From positions 1 to 37,006 of the forward strand of contig PDQZ01000004.1 of assembly GCA_002747955.1 (NCBI GenBank): a stretch of 37,006 bases of DNA, read 5' to 3'. The position numbers and the translations under genes are program-made. Of the stretch, positions 35,946-37,006 are shown one piece after another. The DNA is from Candidatus Campbellbacteria bacterium. GTDB taxonomy: Bacteria; Patescibacteriota; Minisyncoccia; Phycocordibacterales; GCA-2747955. Below the pieces are notes generated by a model. That model was not told where the DNA came from, ran no database searches, and worked only from the letters and a program-made list of their open reading frames with translations. Numbering within the stretch: position 1 is the stretch's first letter; each line of letters starts with the position of its first letter.

Positions 35946-37006
35946 ATGAAAAAAATATTAAAAATTTTAGCACTTTCAGCACTTGTTTTCGGGCTTTCTG
36001 TTTCACAAACAATGGCTGAAAGTATTGAAAATTGGGCAGAGTCAGAATATTTACCAGTAGGAATTACAATTGACTCTGCTGGAAATGTTTATGTGGTAAA
36101 TTATGATGGTGATAATGTAACAAAAATCACACCAGACGGAGCAAGTTCTGAATTAGGGGCAACAGGACGAGATCCGAAAGCAATTGCAATTGATTCTGTT
36201 GGAAATGTATATACATCAAATCAGAGTGATAACAACGTCACAAAAATTACACCCGCAGGAGTAAGTAGTGTTTTGGGAACAACAGGAGACACCCCAAATG
36301 CAATTGCAATTGATTCTGCTGGAAATGTATATACAGCAAATTATGGTGATGATAACGTCACAAAAATTACACCCGCAGGAGTAAGTAGTGTTTTAGGAAC
36401 AACAGGAAGTAATCCGGATGCAGTCGCAGTAGACTCTGACGGAAATGTATATACAGCAAATGCTGACGGTAATAATGTTACAAAGTTTACCCTAAGTGGA
36501 GGTTCTTACATAGCTTCAACTTTAGGGACAACAGGAGATACCCCAAGTGCAATCACAGTAGACTCTGACGGAAATGTATATACAGCAGATTATGATGATA
36601 ACACTGTCACAAAAATTATACCCGCAGGAGTAAGTAGTGTTTTAGGAACAACAGGGGATGGTCCAGTAGCAATTGTAATTGACTATGCTGGAAATATTTA
36701 TACAGCAAATAGTAGTAGTGATAATGTAACAAAAATTACACCTGCTGGTGTAAGTTCTGTTTTCGGAACAACAGGAGATAATCCACAATCAATTACAATT
36801 GACTCTGCTGGAAATATTTATACAGCAAATTATGGTGATGACAATGTTTCAAAAATAATACCTGAGCCTGAGGAAAGCTCATCAAGTTCTTCAAGTTCTT
36901 CAAAAAAACACAAATCTTCATCAATCATGTTTACTTGTAAAGATCCAAAAGCATCAAACTATGATCGTTTTGGAAGACACAAACAATCAAAATGTAAATA
37001 TGCTAA
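35946..37006 (+). CDS. Secreted NHL-type beta-propeller protein (7 repeats of about 40 aa); runs off the window end
   Basis: Hand translation MKKILKILALSALVFGL..., repeats P.AI.IDS.GNVYTAN...NVTKITPAG, Ser linker, CKDPKASNY; no in-frame stop in the window. Confidence 0.9.
   Translation, partial: MKKILKILALSALVFGLSVSQTMAESIENWAESEYLPVGITIDSAGNVYVVNYDGDNVTKITPDGASSELGATGRDPKAIAIDSVGNVYTSNQSDNNVTKITPAGVSSVLGTTGDTPNAIAIDSAGNVYTANYGDDNVTKITPAGVSSVLGTTGSNPDAVAVDSDGNVYTANADGNNVTKFTLSGGSYIASTLGTTGDTPSAITVDSDGNVYTADYDDNTVTKIIPAGVSSVLGTTGDGPVAIVIDYAGNIYTANSSSDNVTKITPAGVSSVFGTTGDNPQSITIDSAGNIYTANYGDDNVSKIIPEPEESSSSSSSSSKKHKSSSIMFTCKDPKASNYDRFGRHKQSKCKYA

Noticed and set aside
36050..36865. 120-nt repeats read as CRISPR or a DGR template/variable repeat pair
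   Set aside because: They are in-frame coding propeller blades; there is no reverse transcriptase and the differences are not adenine-specific.
1..37006. Alternative genetic code (TGA=Gly, as in Gracilibacteria)
   Set aside because: Long conserved genes translate full length under code 11, with Gly encoded by GGN.
37004..37006. Terminal TAA as the stop of the propeller gene
   Set aside because: It is out of frame with ATG 35946; the ORF continues past the window.

Overview
AT-rich bacterial chromosomal window, standard code 11. Gene content and surface-protein styles (LTD/PKD protein, GWAWS-repeat giant protein, CxDPxAxNY motif, leaderless genes) suggest Patescibacteria/Parcubacteria; this is inference. 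Housekeeping genes: ftsK, dCMP deaminase, pnp (no S1 domain), class Id-type nrdB (ATP-cone fused) and nrdA, ackA, rpsA, two TraR/DksA proteins, uvrD/pcrA, infC-rpmI-rplT, HIT, tsaD, dsbB, tRNA-Gly(TCC), rny and an L32-HhH fusion. There is also a RelE-type toxin-antitoxin pair, a solo PemK/MazF gene and several secreted proteins. The most unusual signal is non-coding: (1) a ~110-130 nt hairpin element family (about 8 copies, in tandem clusters) with covarying stems and an invariant GAG/TGA internal loop; (2) a nested composite of palindromic elements at 30.1-30.5 kb; (3) several short palindrome families (cGNAg triloops, CAGGC-AAG-GCCTG, 40-47 bp arms); (4) a solo MazF flanked upstream by tRNA-derived tandem copies and downstream by a convergent promoter that would make a structured antisense RNA. 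All calls are by eye; no searches were run.
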